Source of the DNA: the human T2T-CHM13v2.0 reference genome, Homo sapiens
Assembly (NCBI RefSeq): GCF_009914755.1
Contig: NC_060925.1
DNA: 64,000 nucleotides
Direction: 5' to 3' (one strand)
A program made the position numbers and the translations under genes. Below are positions 1-14,244 of this stretch, in pieces (position 1 is the stretch's first letter; each line of letters opens with the position of its first letter). The notes under the pieces are model-generated. The model had not been told where the DNA came from and did not search any database. It worked only from the letters and a program-made list of their open reading frames with translations.

Positions 1-275
1 CAAACATTTCCAAATCCCCTCTGTATGCCAGGTGCTGCCTGGGGAGGCTGGTCAGTCCCCGGTTACCCCGAATCCCACTGCCTCTGGGAGCTCTGATCCC
101 AGAATCCTCCAGTGAAAGGGACTTGGAGGAGCACACAGTTCCCAAAACTCAGATTTAGAGAAAAAACTGAGGCCACGCCCCCAAATTTAGAGCAGAAAGA
201 AGTGGAGCTGCTCTGTTTGAAGTGAGGGTGGGCATTCTGGATCCTACCAGCCTAGCCTTCCCTCCCCTCCTGCAG

Positions 276-317
276 GCTCCGGAAAACATCACCTGATCAG
301 ACCTGGCCATGTCACAG
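276..317 (+). CDS. Putative internal exon A of a hypothetical spliced ORF (LRKTSPDQTWPCH)
   Basis: Pyrimidine tract plus CAG acceptor, CAG|GTGAGA donor; phase 2-2; no expression evidence. Confidence 0.2.
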
Positions 318-375
318 GTGAGAGTGGCAGAGACAGGTACAAATAAAACCATGAAGTCACAGGAAAAGGAACTGA

Positions 376-678
376 TTTTTTTTTTCTTTTTTTTTTTGGA
401 GACGGGATCTCGCTTTGTCACCCAGGCCGGAGTGTAGAGGCGTGATCACGGCTCACTGCAGCCTCAACATCCCGGGCTCAAGTATCCTCCCACCTCAACC
501 TACTGAGTAGCTGGGACCACAGGTGCATGCTATCATGCCCGGCTAATTTTTTAATTTTTTTGTAGAAACAGTCTTACTATGTTGTCCAGGCTGGTCTTAA
601 ACTCCTAGACTCAAGCAATCCTCCCACCCCAGTCTCCCAAAGTGTTAGAATCATAGCTGTGAAACACCGCACCTGGTC
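376..678 (-). mobile_element. Alu SINE (AluJ-like)
   Basis: Poly-T followed by reverse-complement Alu dimer (GCTCACTGCAGCCTC...CTCCCAAAGTG). Confidence 0.95.
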
Positions 679-1499
679 AAGAAATAAATTTTGATGGGAA
701 AGGCTTCTTCAAAAAAAGCGGGCTTGTTCTGGGCCAGAAAATCAGAGTGGGGGCACATTCCGGGCTCAGGCAAAGGTCTGAGGACAAAGCATTCTGGGAG
801 TGTTTACGGAGGACCAGCTCTGAGGGATGTGGGGATGGGGGCAGAGAGAGGGGTTGACGAAAGCTCGGCTTCAGTCACACCTCAGCCCACCTCCAGCATC
901 ACGCCCTAGCCACTCCAGGGCAGGCGAGGGCAGGACAGGGCAGGAGGGCTGGTGACCAGATGTTCACAAGCCCCAGCGTCCCAGACCTTGCTGCTTCCTC
1001 CGGGAAGCATTTGAAAAGCTGTTAAGAAATTGGAGACTTTCTCCTGCTCCAGGCTGACCTGGTTGTCCCGGGTAGGCCCAATCTAAAATTTCAGGGAACA
1101 AAGGAAAGGCCTGAAATGCCACCTTGGGAAGGTCAGGTGCCCCGTCCCAAGGCCTGGGATTCAGCCAGGTGAGAGAGGAATGCACCTTACTCCTGATGCA
1201 CACAGCAAACAGACCAGGAATGTCCAGGGCTGACACAGCCCCGGGAAGTCTCCAGAGAACACTCAGGGACTGGACTGAGGCTGAGCACCCTTAGGCCACA
1301 CCCCCTACTTCCCCTCCCACCTGCAGACCCAGCTTTCAGAGGAGCCCCAGGAGCAATGACCTGAAAAGGTAGAAATGATCAGAAGATGAAAATCCCTCTT
1401 TGCTCCTCATAATTGGAAGAAAGGGAGACAAAACGTTGGAGGCAGAGGGCATGTTTCACATCCAGACATTCCAAGAGCACCTTCTCACTTTGCTCTTGT

Positions 1500-1715
1500 A
1501 TGAGGCAGCAGAGGGCACTGGAAACAGCCCTGGACCTGGGGTAAACCTGCTGGGGTTTGAGCACTGCTCCCCAGCAGGTGACCTCAAGAAAGCCTCTTTC
1601 CCTTCAGATCCTGTTTCTTCCTCCAGAAGAGGGGACAATGGCATAGATTTCATGAGGTTCTTGTAAGGATCGCACTAGATAATGGATGTGACAGGGTCGT
1701 ATTAATGGTGCAGGG
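1500..1715 (+). mobile_element. MIR SINE fragment
   Basis: Degenerate MIR core (GTGACCTC...TCATGAGGTTCTTGTAAGGAT). Confidence 0.6.
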
Positions 1716-2094
1716 CTTTATACAGAGTCAAGCTCCCTGGAAACATCAGGTATTATTTGGAGGAGCACATAGAAAGTAGCCCCCCACATGGGGCCACCTG
1801 AATTCATGTATGAACAGCAGGACAATTCAACGCACCTGCAGCCACTTAAGACATGCCCCGTGGCAAGGCAGGTACTTAGAGGATGCTGACCTGGCCAAAT
1901 GCGTGTCATTACCTCTTATGGAGCCCTAAAGCTCTCTTTCTTAAAATGCCTAAGGTTTGAATCAGAACAAATGCAGACAGCATTTTAAACAAGCTCCCCA
2001 GTAACTGATGTGAAAGTCTGAGAATCACAGCTCCAGAGCAGCCCCCAAAAGACAATCCCTCTCCATTTAAGGGTAATTTGGAATTACATTGACT

Positions 2095-2280
2095 ACTGCT
2101 TAAAAAGCACCTACTGTGTGCCAGGTAGTTTACATACGTGATTTGGAAATACTCTTCTCAGTTTATAGATAAAAACCGGGACTCCAGAACAGTTGAGTGA
2201 CCTGCCCAAGGCCACACAGCTAATCAGGGGCAGGTCGGGATTCGAATCCAGGTCTCTCTGAAGCCACATCTCAGCCACTG
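2095..2280 (-). mobile_element. MIR SINE
   Basis: CACCTACTGTGTGCCAGG...GTGACCTGCCCAAGGCCACACAGCT...GGATTCGAATCCAGGTC is the reverse MIR core. Confidence 0.85.
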
Positions 2281-3820
2281 ACTACAATAGGTCACCATTT
2301 CTCTTCTTTGCAGTGTAATGGGAAGGCTTGGGGAGTTTCAGGTGAAAACTACTTCTGAGCAATCCCAGAAGCCTTCCTGGAAGGGGACAGGGAACTACCC
2401 AGGTCTTTGGGAACACCAAACTGTCCCCCTGCATCCCCAGGCAGTGCTGACCTGGCAAGGACGGACAACACCTCCGCCTGAACGTCCTCATTTGATCTTT
2501 GTCTCTTCCGCATGGATTTAAGATGCACCAACCCCAAGTGCTCCAGGGGGTTCATCTAAACACGATTAAACAGCCATTAGGCCTCTGCGATTGGGAAATG
2601 GAGATTTACAGACTTCCAAACCTCCATTTAAATGCAAATGCAGCATTTTCGCTGGGAACCAGGGATCTGAACAGCATTAAAGGCACTGTCTCCCCTTGCC
2701 TCTGCCGTCACTCCTGCCGGTTGGGCCACCTCCGGCTTGCAGCTAATCCGAGGGGTGCTGCGGGCACCTGATGGAGCCAAGCCAGGAGAGGACAGGGGCC
2801 AGGCCCGCTGCAATGGACGGTGAGTTGAAGTCCTGCCTTTCTTCATCTGCAGTTGCCCTTTCTGTCCTGGGCCGTGGTGCAGATGTTGACCTCTGGCCCA
2901 AGTCGGCACATCCTCATCAAGGTCACATGTACCACAGGGAAATCCTGGAGTCGGGACACTCAGACTCTACTCTGCCTGGCTCTGCAGCCCTAGGAAGGCC
3001 AGGCTCTGTTTTGAGTGGTGCACCCTTGCTCCTGGGACCTCCAAACAAAGGGCCTGGACATATTCACTGACTCAAATTAATAGGGGGTCAGGAAATAGTC
3101 ATTGAGCAGAAAGCAGAAAAGAACCTACTACTCAAATTAAGAGAATAACAACTGAGGCCTTTATCAAGCACCTACTATGTCCCAGGCAGAGAAAGTACCA
3201 TTTCATCCTCCCGAGACCCTAGGAAGCGGGTTTTAGGATCCCTTTTTTTAAAAAGGAAAAATTGAGACTTGGGAAGATGAATAGGATGTAGAGGTCACTT
3301 ACGGAGAAGGTACCAGAGTCAAGATTTGACTCTCAAATCCATCCTCCTAACTATCTCTCCAAACTCTGCCCCTAAGTTCCTGTGTGACCTTTGGTGAATG
3401 ACTTGACCTCCCTGAGCTTCTGTTTCTGGACCTAAAATGGGTATAAGAGAGTCAGGAGAGGAACAGCTGAAGAGTGGGAAGCAGAGTCAGGGAACTGTCC
3501 TTCCAGGCTGAGCTTGGGGGCCCTACTGAAGGGGCAGGGAGGCTGCAAGCCTTGGCTAGGGCTAGGCCTGGGCCACCAGAGCTTGAATTCCAACCTGGGA
3601 AGTAGAGACCATATTTTGCAGGTGATGGAAGCCCTAATGGGTTTGGCAGATTTTGGCCATGCACTGAATGTGGTGAGTGAGGAGGAAGAGGGTGCCAGGG
3701 ATGACTGTTGTGAGAACGGCCTTTTACTGAACATTCATGTGTCAGGGTGCTGTACTGAGTCAGTTTCACATCTGATCTTACTCGCTCCTCAGAACCCTCT
3801 TGCAAAGTTGGTTTTTATTA

Positions 3821-4206
3821 TGTTGGGACAACTAAATTCCTCTTCAAAGACTCAATTTTCTGATCATACATTGTAAACAATCCTACCCCTTCTTCAGTTA
3901 AGCCTAATTGTTTCTTCTTTGCCCTTCCCCCTTCACAAATTGCGTGTTTACCTTACTTGGAAAGTTTAAGTCTTAGCCAATCAGGATCAACTTAGATTGT
4001 GCGGTCCAACCCCAGCCACTCAGGGAAGGACACAGAAACAGGAACTGCGTTAGGGTTAAAAACCCCTTCTCTCCTTTGTTCAGTGTGCTCTTGTGATTAC
4101 AACTGGTGCAAGCAGCACCCTTCTGCAGAAGTAAAGGTGCCTTGCTGAGAAATTTTCTGTCTAAGTGCGAGTTTCTTTTGGCTATGCCGAGCACTTGTTT
4201 CCAACA
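3821..4206 (+). mobile_element. Solo ERV LTR (LTR18/LTR47-like) inserted in a MIR
   Basis: TGTTGG...CCAACA termini, CCAAT box, AGTAAA signal, TSD TTATTA at 3815-3820 and 4207-4212; subfamily recalled. Confidence 0.85.
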
Positions 4207-4393
4207 TTATTATTACATATGTTTCAGGTGAGTCAACAGTGGAAGTGTTAAGGACCATACCCAAGGTCACTTAGCCCTGGGGAGGTACAGCCAGGCTGCA
4301 GATACAGGAGGAAGCTCCTCTCCTCCCTCCTCCAGCACTGTCTCTCTCTGATGGTGAAATTTTCAGTCCAGGTGCTTGGAAGAAAGGGGACAC

Positions 4394-4509
4394 TGGGGTG
4401 ACCAACTATCCTGGCTTACTTGGAACAGTCCTGATTTTAAAACAGAGTGCCGTGTCCCTGGAAACCCCCTTGTCCTGAGTACACTGTAACGTGATGATAG
4501 CTCACCTTA
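4394..4509. mobile_element. MER81-like hAT MITE
   Basis: GGGTGACCAACTATCCTGG...TCACCTTA inverted termini, ~115 bp, matches recalled MER81 consensus. Confidence 0.75.
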
Positions 4510-5697
4510 GCAGTGACTCAGAAATGAGACAAAGGAACAAGGGTGTGGAAAGCTGGAAGGGAAATGGGTGGAGTTTTTGATGGGTTGAGTTAGGTCCCCA
4601 GGGAGTAGGCCCAGCCATTGCATTGGCACAAGGTCAGGCCAGAGAACCAGATTTGGGACTCACTCATAGAGGCCTGGGGACCCCCTGGGACCTGCCCAGT
4701 TGCCTGAGCCATGCATAGAGAGAGGGATCCCTCCCAAGGATGGGGTCTTCCTTCCCTGGACAGTGATGGCAGAAAAGAGCACTGGACTCAGAGTATTCCT
4801 TCCAGCTGGTCTTGCTTCTCTGGATTACATCTTAGCTCCTGACCCTCCCAGGACATTTGCTTGAGGGTTAGATGAGAGAAACCATGCTCACAGTGTGGGG
4901 ATTTCAGGCACCAGGACTTTCCCTTGTGGCTGGAATCTGCCCAGTCAACAAGTGGGAGCAGGCCTGTGCAATGGTGTTAAAGAGGAGAGAGGGAAACTGC
5001 CTTCTGTTTCTGTCTCCCTTCACTTCCTCCCAGCTCATGACCTCTGGCCACTGTTTGCTTCTGATGTTTGGCCTCAGAGATATATCCACAAGGCGTGATA
5101 GAAGCCCAGACCAGCTCTCTACATGGGGCAGTAGGACTCCCAGGAAAAGACCTGGGCTGGGGTTGATAAGGAAGAGAACAGCAGCTTCCTCTTCAGTGTC
5201 GGAGTGTAGGCACACTATTGGGGCAGGATGGGATGGCTTGTCGCTCACTTGGCCTGAGATTTGGGGGGAAAGAGCACAGGTCTGGAAGACACCAAACTGT
5301 AGGTCTAGTTCTGACTGTCACTGACTTGCTCTATGACCTTGAGCAAGTCACTTCCCCTCTTTGAGCCTCAGTTTACTCATCTGTCAAAAGAAGGCCATAG
5401 CTCCTCCTCTGCCTCGTGACAAGATGGTGCATGGCCAGAGGGCAGAATCTGGCCAAAAAACCCTATGGAGTAGTGTCCCAGAAAAGAAGAGATGAGGGGA
5501 CGGTGAAGGGCAGGGAGCAGAACAAGAGGGGTACAAATGAGTTAGCCAGAGGAAGGGGGCAGGCTGGGTGGAGATGACGGACAGATGGCGGAGGCAGGTG
5601 AGAGCATGTTAAAAAGGGGAGCCAGATGTGAGCTCATCAATCAGTTTTTATATCCCCTGCCTTTCCCTCCCACCCCTCCCCACCCCTCCCCGCCCCT

Positions 5698-6030
5698 GTG
5701 GATAATTACGAAGGACACCGATTAAGAGGACCTGGCCCCCTCAGCTTCTTTGTTTGAAGCCCTCCTGGTGAATTATGCAGGAGGCTGCTGGGAGAAGCAG
5801 GCGCTGGGATCGCTTCATTATTGATGAGAGATGACGGGCCCTCTGCTGACAGCCTGCCTAAGAGATATGATTAGCTTATAAAGAATTAATCACCATTTTC
5901 AGGGAGGACACAGATTAAAACCCCAAGGAGTGGTGTTATCAATGTTCCCTAATTTCAGGGGACTTTGAAAAGGTTTTAGCACAACTTGGAGAAGACAATT
6001 GTATTCAATTAGAATCACTAGTGCCGCAAT
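5698..6030. promoter_or_regulatory. Candidate conserved non-coding enhancer
   Basis: Repeat-free island with many TAAT/ATTA cores plus TCF (CTTTGAA), SOX-like (ACAAT) and FOX-like (TTTGTTTG) motifs; function inferred. Confidence 0.5.
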
Positions 6031-6565
6031 GTCACTCCCTGCCGTGAGGTGGGCCCTTGCAGGGGAGGTTTGAGGAAGGAGGGGACTGCAGGTGGCCATC
6101 GAGGAGGCCTGCCCGACGCACTGCCCTCTTTGGAGGCTCCTCCCACACTGTTCCCTCTCCAGGTGATCTCATGTTCACCTATGGCTTCATTTCCATCCAG
6201 ACTCCGATGACTCACACTTTTATGGCTCCAGCCTGGACCTCTCCCTGAAGCTCCCCATCCATTTACTGTATGCAGCTCCTGCTCAACTCCTTCTCTGGGA
6301 TGTCTCAAAGGCACCTCCAGACCACCACGTGTGACCCTGAACTCCCAAACACCCCCCACATTCCCTACCCTGGTGCCTGGTCCTCCTCCAAGATTCTCTT
6401 TCTTAATGAAGAGCACCAGCCTTAACAAAATCCATCACCAAGATCTGTCGATTTAACTCTTAAACATTTCAGGGATCCATTCACTTCCCCTGTCTCCCAT
6501 GCCACCGCCCTAGACCATGCCACCTTCCTCTCTCACCTGGATGACTACAGTGGCCTCCTCGCAGG

Positions 6566-7038
6566 TGTCAGACACTTCCTCCTTCTCCTCTCATCCTCTT
6601 GGCTTCTCCTCTGATTGCATCCCTGGCTCGAGTGGACGGCTCCCTGTGGGATATGATTCACTGCATTCTGATGTGGTCTGGTCTCACATGTGTGCCATAT
6701 TTGTCTTCTCTTTCTTCCTAAGATTCCTCTGATGTTTGGGGGGCCTGTGCTCATGGACAGCCCACAAATGAACACTCTGGAGGGAAATCCTCCTCCACCA
6801 GTGAAGGCAGGACTGATGGATAGCATTTGGCCCCCCCATTTAGGGTGGAAGGGCAATTCTGGGAGACCTTGTGTTGCTTCTCAGAAGGTCCTAGCAGAAT
6901 GGAGCCCCTGTTGCCTGGTACAGCAACCCAGAAATCCATGGTTCCTCACTCCTGCTCCCAGAGATTATTCCCAAATGAGCCACCTGCACCCAAGTCCTTG
7001 TCTCACTTCAGCTTTTTAATGATCCCAAGCTAAGACAT
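6566..7038 (+). mobile_element. LTR16-like ERVL solo LTR
   Basis: 3' end CCCAAGTCCTTGTCTCA...CCCAAGCTAAGACA typical of LTR16. Confidence 0.65.
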
Positions 7039-7357
7039 CCTGCTTTCACTCTTGCCCCTCCACTCTGCCCTCCCCACAGCATTACTGACCTCCACAAATA
7101 CACCTCTGATGGTGTCACCCTCCCACTTCAGTCCTTCCAGAACTTCCTGTTGCTCTCAGATAAAAGCAAAACCACAAACATGGTGATGGGGTTCAGGACA
7201 TGCTACTCCAAAATATGGCATCTAGACACTGGGGAAAATGGCAGAAGTAGAAAGGTCATTCTCACTTTCCCCCTGCCATTCTTCCCTGAAGCGGGCCATA
7301 CCACCTGGGAAGGACTCTCTGACCTTCCCCTAAAGCTGTTCATAAGACCGTCATTCA

Positions 7358-8285
7358 AGACCAGGTGCAGTGGCTCAAGCCTGTAATTTCAGCACTTTGG
7401 GAGACTGAGGTGTGAGGATTGCTTGAGGCCAGGAGCTCAAAACCAGGCTAGGCAACATAGTGAGATCCATGTCTACAAAAAATTTTTTTTAATTAGCCAG
7501 GCACAGTAGGATGCACCTATAGTCCCAGCTGCTCAGGAGGTTGAGGTAGGAGGACCACCTGAGACCAGGAGGTCAAGGTTGCACTGTCAGAGACATTCGA
7601 ATCAGAGCAACCCCATCTTGAATAGGCAAAATAAGGCTGAGACCTGCTGCACTGCATTCCCAGGAAGTTAGGCATTCTAAGTCACAGAACAAGATAGGAG
7701 GTCCACAGAACTGGTATCAGAAGATACAGGTCATAAAGACCCTGCTGATAAGACAGGATGCAGTAAAGAAGCTGGCCAAAGTCCATCAAAACCAAGATGG
7801 CAACAAAAGTGACCTCAGGTCCTCCTCAGTGCTCATTATACACTAATTAAAATGTATTAGCATGCTAAAGGACACTCCCACCAGTGCCATGACAGTTTAC
7901 AAATGCCATGGCAATATCCAGAAGTTACCCCAGATAGTCTAAAAGGGGGAGGAACCCTCAGTTCTGGGAATTACCCACGCCTTTCCTGGAAAACTCAAGA
8001 ATAATCCACCTCTTTTTTAGCATATCATCAAGAAATAACCATAAAAATAGCCAGTTAGCAGCCCTCAGAGCTGCTCTGTTTATGGAGTAGCCATTCTTCT
8101 ATTTCTTTATTTTCCTAATAAACTTCTGTTCACTTTACTCTGTGGACTCACCCTGAATTATTTCTTGGGCAAGATCCAAAAACCCTCTCTTGGGGTCTGG
8201 ATCAGGAACCTTTTCCAGCAATAGCACCACTGCACTCCAACCTGGGTGACAGAGCAAGACCATGTCTCAAAAAAAGAAACAAAAA
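7358..8285 (+). mobile_element. AluJ interrupted by MER41 LTR (Alu at 7358-7584 and 8224-8285)
   Basis: Alu right arm breaks at GGTTGCAC and resumes GCACCACTGCACTCC; degenerate TSD AAGACCGTCATTCA/AAGATCTTCGTTCA. Confidence 0.9.
7585..8223 (+). mobile_element. MER41B-like solo LTR
   Basis: TGTCAGAGACATTCGAATCAGAGCAACCCCATCTTGAATAGG start, AATAAA, CTCTTGGGGTCTGGATC end; 4-bp TSD GCAC. Confidence 0.9.
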
Positions 8286-8389
8286 GATCTTCGTTCAAAA
8301 GGGGACTTCCCTATATCCAGAGGAAAGGAACTTGCTTATCTCCAAAGACACTGGGACAGGGAGAAGAATCTGAATAAACAGGTCTTGCT

Positions 8390-8756
<367 letters not shown>

Positions 8757-8914
8757 TTATCCAATTATGCTTCTCTACAACTATTCACTTTTTAAATACA
8801 TAGGCTTACCATTTCTTTGGGTCTTTATTTCCCTTAAAACTTATAAGTATGCTTTTTTCTTGTTAATCTCTCTTTAGTTATAGAGGCCTCAGCCATGAAC
8901 CTAGCGATGGATAT

Positions 8915-9412
8915 GTAAACCCAAAAGTATGTGAGACAGGTCTCAATCAAGTTAGAAATTTAATTTTGCCAAGGTTAAGGTGCCAAGAATGCACCACTGC
9001 ACTCCAGCCTGGGCGACAAGAGTGAAACTCTGTCTCAAAACAACAAACAAACAAACAAACAAAATTCTGATTGGCAATCAATTAAAATAATTATTATCAA
9101 TAGGAAGGAATGTCTGGGTTACAATAACGGGTCATAGAGACCAAGGCTGTATCACGCAGAGCCTCCAGGTAGCAGGCTTCCAAGAGAACAGATTGCAAAT
9201 ATTTCTTATCAGACTTAAGGTCTGTGTTGATGTTAATGCTGGTCGGCTTTTCCTGAATTTCAAAAGGGAGAGGGGTTTAATGAAGCATGTCCTGCTCCCC
9301 CTTTCCATCATGGCATGAAGTAGTTTTTCAGGTTAACTTTGGAATGCCCTTGGCCGAGAAGAGGGTCCCTTTAGATGATTGGGGGGGTCTTAGAATTTAA
9401 TTTTTGGTTTGC
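8915..9412 (-). mobile_element. MER4-type LTR with internal deletion and an Alu 3' remnant (~8985-9064)
   Basis: Reverse complement of the ends of the MER4 at 15489-16419. Confidence 0.8.
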
Positions 9413-9497
9413 AGGTAGAAAACCTCTGCTCTACAGAGGCCTCCAAGAGCATGGATTGTCTGACTCCTCCAACCTTGCCTTCCACCATGCACTCCAT

Positions 9498-10041
9498 TAT
9501 AAGGAGGAAAAAGGGTTCCCTCTATCTTTCATAGTTGTTAACTGGGACTCCCTGTAACAAAAGACAGATTAACAAGAGAAAAACAAATAGAAGTTTATTA
9601 GCATGGATTACCTCCTTGTACACGGGAGAAAACTCAAATAAATGAGTCATTCCCTAGAGAAGATGTCAAAGAAAGAGCTTAAACTTCAGGCTTAAATACC
9701 ATCATTTTTCTGAAATGAAGGAAAAAAAGACTGTTGGGAAAAGGCCCTGTTGAGATGACCAAGAAGAACACATTAAACAAAGGCAAAGTTTGTTATGCAG
9801 ATGGAATTCGCTGCTTTCTTCATCATTTAAGAGTTTCTAGTGATTAAGTCAGCTTTTTCTCCCTGGTGCAGTCAGGAAGAGACTATTACAACTGGAGATT
9901 TTCTTTACAGATGTAAATTTCTCTTATAAAAGGGCAACTTTTGAGTTCCTTCTGTGTCTGCAGTTTTTCAAAATAGCCAGCTCAAAATAATTATTATGCC
10001 AAAGAGGTATATTTGGGGGTGGCATATTCTGGTCTCCTATA
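9498..10041 (-). mobile_element. MER34-group ERV1 solo LTR
   Basis: AAAAGACAGATTAACAAGAGAAAA...TTTGGGGGTGGCATATTCTGGTCTCCTATA reverse LTR motifs. Confidence 0.7.
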
Positions 10042-10476
10042 GTCACATTTTGGGGTGGTGTGTCCAGAGCCCTAGCACCACCTTCCAGAGCCTCATGTTC
10101 ACCATGCACCTCCCAGCCACAGGGCCTTTGTCCATGCCATGCCCTCCACCTGCAATCCTTTCCCAGCCTTCTTTGCTCCTCAGCTCATCTTTCAGATCTT
10201 GCCCAGTTGTGTTTGCTGGAAGTTTTCCCTGAGCCTCTCAGGGAGGTGAGATCCCTTCTCTTATGAATTCCCATTGCACCAGGCCCCTCTCCTTTTATTG
10301 CTAATTGGAATTACAATTTCACATATTTCGCATTTCTTTGTGGGATTATTTGATTAGCATCTGCCTCCATCATGTTGAGCGAGTGTCATGAAGACAGCCT
10401 GTGTCTGGTAATCCCGGAGCCAGCACAGGAATAGTTGATGGAAGAAGAAAGGAAGGAAGGGAGTGAGGGAGGAAGG

Positions 10477-11476
<1,000 letters not shown>

Positions 11477-11562
11477 CTTCCCTCAAAGCGATAAGGGAAA
11501 GGAGTCCACCTTGAGCTAATGACAAATCTTCCACTAGCCCACACTCTTCACTGCTTCCCCAG

Positions 11563-11720
11563 TGTATGTGGAGAGAAATCAAAACAACCTATTGAGGCTT
11601 TTAAGCCCGTCTGCTACAAACCCCAATTTATGTCCCACATTATTCCCCTTTACTCCATCCATGCATCCCAGAGTTCCAGCCAATCCAAGCTGCCTGCACA
11701 TCTCCATTTGGACCCCTTAG
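11563..11720 (+). CDS. Putative exon B (VCGEKSKQPIEAFKPVCYKPQF...HLDPL)
   Basis: CTCTTCACTGCTTCCCCAG acceptor, TAG|GTGAGT consensus donor, open frame, phase 2-1. Confidence 0.3.
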
Positions 11721-12054
11721 GTGAGTGCCCATTACAGTGTAAACTCCGTGAGCTGAGGGGCCTGGACACACACCGAGGGTTCCATGAAAGTTTGTTGACT
11801 GAGTAAAAGACCTTCCACATAGGCCCCCTCGTGCTGATTACCTTGCATCTGAAAAGCTACCAGCTTTGTGTCAGGTGTTCTGTAGAGCTATTCTGCACAC
11901 ATTCCTTGGCTCTTTTTATTTTACAGGTGAGAAGAATTGGGGTTCAGAGATGCAAGCCATTTGCCACAGTCACCCTGCTTGAGAGCAGCAGAGACGGATA
12001 TCATCCTGGGCTTTTCCCACAGGGCCCATTGTCCAAGCCCAACACCCATCATAT

Positions 12055-12718
12055 TGTAACCTCCCAGCAGGTTCTTCCTGCCCGCTACTCAAACAAAATC
12101 CATTCACCAAGACCATGGCATTGCAGTAAAGAGAGAGTATAATTGACACGAAGCTGGCCACGCCACAAGGGAGATGGAGTTATTACTCAACTCAGTCTCC
12201 CCGAAGGCTCAGAAGTTAGGAGTTTTTCATAGATAGTTTGGTGAGCAGGGGCCTAGGGTAGGGGCATGCTGAGTGATTGGGTTGGAGATGAAATCAGAGA
12301 ATCTCTTCTCTTTGGCTGAGTCAGTTCCTGGGTGGGGGCTCCAGGTGGAGCCATCATCGTCAGGAATGCAAAAACCTGGAAAGACATCTCAAAAGGCTAA
12401 TTTTAGGTTCTACAATAATGATGTTATCTGCAAGATTATTTGGGGAAGTTGCAAATCTCATGACCTCTGGAATAATGGCTAGTAATTATTTAGAATCCAA
12501 GACTCTCTCATCCTCTTAATTTGGTGGTCTTTCATTTGTCTTACAAGAACAGTTTAGTTTTGGGGAAAGGCTATTATCATTTAAACTATAAACTAAATTT
12601 CTCTCAAAGTTAGGTTGGCCCATGCCCAGGAATGAGCAAAGACAGTGAGGCTAGAAGCACAGTGGAATCAGCCATGTCAGATTTCTCTCACTGCCGTAAC
12701 TTTGCAAAAGCAGTTTCA
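12055..12718 (-). mobile_element. LTR26/LTR8-group solo LTR
   Basis: TGTAAC...TTTCA termini with perfect ATAT TSD; paralogous to 10477-11476. Confidence 0.85.
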
Positions 12719-12811
12719 ATATCTGGCATCCAAATTCTCACCATTCTTTTCAGTCCAGTTCAAATGCCACTGTTGGGGTTCAGAAACTGATATCCCAAAA
12801 TATGATGCTTT

Positions 12812-13277
<466 letters not shown>

Positions 13278-13843
13278 GACCCCAAAATATGATGCTTTGA
13301 CGCACTGAACTGAAGAAGCCTCAAGGTCTCTCTGACCTTTCCCTCCTGGCTCTCAATCTTCCATCTCTCCCAAAGCACAGGAGGAAGTTTTTCTCTGAAG
13401 TTCCTTTTTCTGCTTAAAGTCTGGACCTGCCAAAGAAGAAAACAGTAACCTCTGGTCCCTTCCCTGAGTTTTCATTAACGGAACTCATATCGCGGGAAGA
13501 AAGACTGAATTCTGCCAACCAACCTGGACAGACGTGTCACACACCATTGTCCGCTCTGCGGGTCCCACAGACTTTGTCCCAGGCCATTGTATGTTCTCCA
13601 TGCCCATTGAATTCCCCTCAAAATCATTTACCATCCCTCTAAAAATCATCCACAATTTCCCATCCCCCTTTCCCCTAAGAAAAAGAGCATATAACCCTCC
13701 ATACCCCATTGCGTGGTGGGGTAACCACTCTGCAATTCTCCCCCATGTGTGTCAAAAAATGCATATGCCTTTCCTTCTATGTATCTGTCTTTTGTCACTT
13801 TATTTTCAGTGAACCTTCAGAGGGTGAGGGAAAACTACAGTTT

Positions 13844-13861
13844 TGGCTCTGTGAGCAGGGT
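13844..13861 (+). other. Retroviral primer-binding site, tRNA-Ser(CGA)-like
   Basis: TGGCTCTGTGAGCAGGGT just after the 5' LTR; 16/18 to TGGCGCTGTGAGCAGGAT, the recalled complement of the tRNA-Ser-CGA 3' end. Confidence 0.7.
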
Positions 13862-14244
13862 CACCAAAGTCTCTCTGTTTGAAGCCGCAGTGAAGGAATC
13901 CAGGACCTGAAAAGCTGGCAGAAAGGAAAGAAATTCTTATCAGCCAGGCTTCCAGACTCTTTCTCTGTGGAACCTGTTTAAGCAGACAGTAAAAATCACA
14001 ATTTGTTCTTGTTTCTTCTCCAAAATCTTGATTAATGGGAAAAAAAGGATTTGCGTGACTAGTCCTGAGTATAGTGACTCTGGTGTACTTTTTGGTATGA
14101 ACATTCATATTGTTTGAGACATTTCCTCCCAGAAATAGTGTTTTTCTCTGTCTTTGTCTTTCTGTGTTGTTCTGTTATAAAGAGGGTACCATAGGGTAGA
14201 ACACAGGCCTAAAACCCCTATACGCCTGTTGTTCAAGCTGGCCC

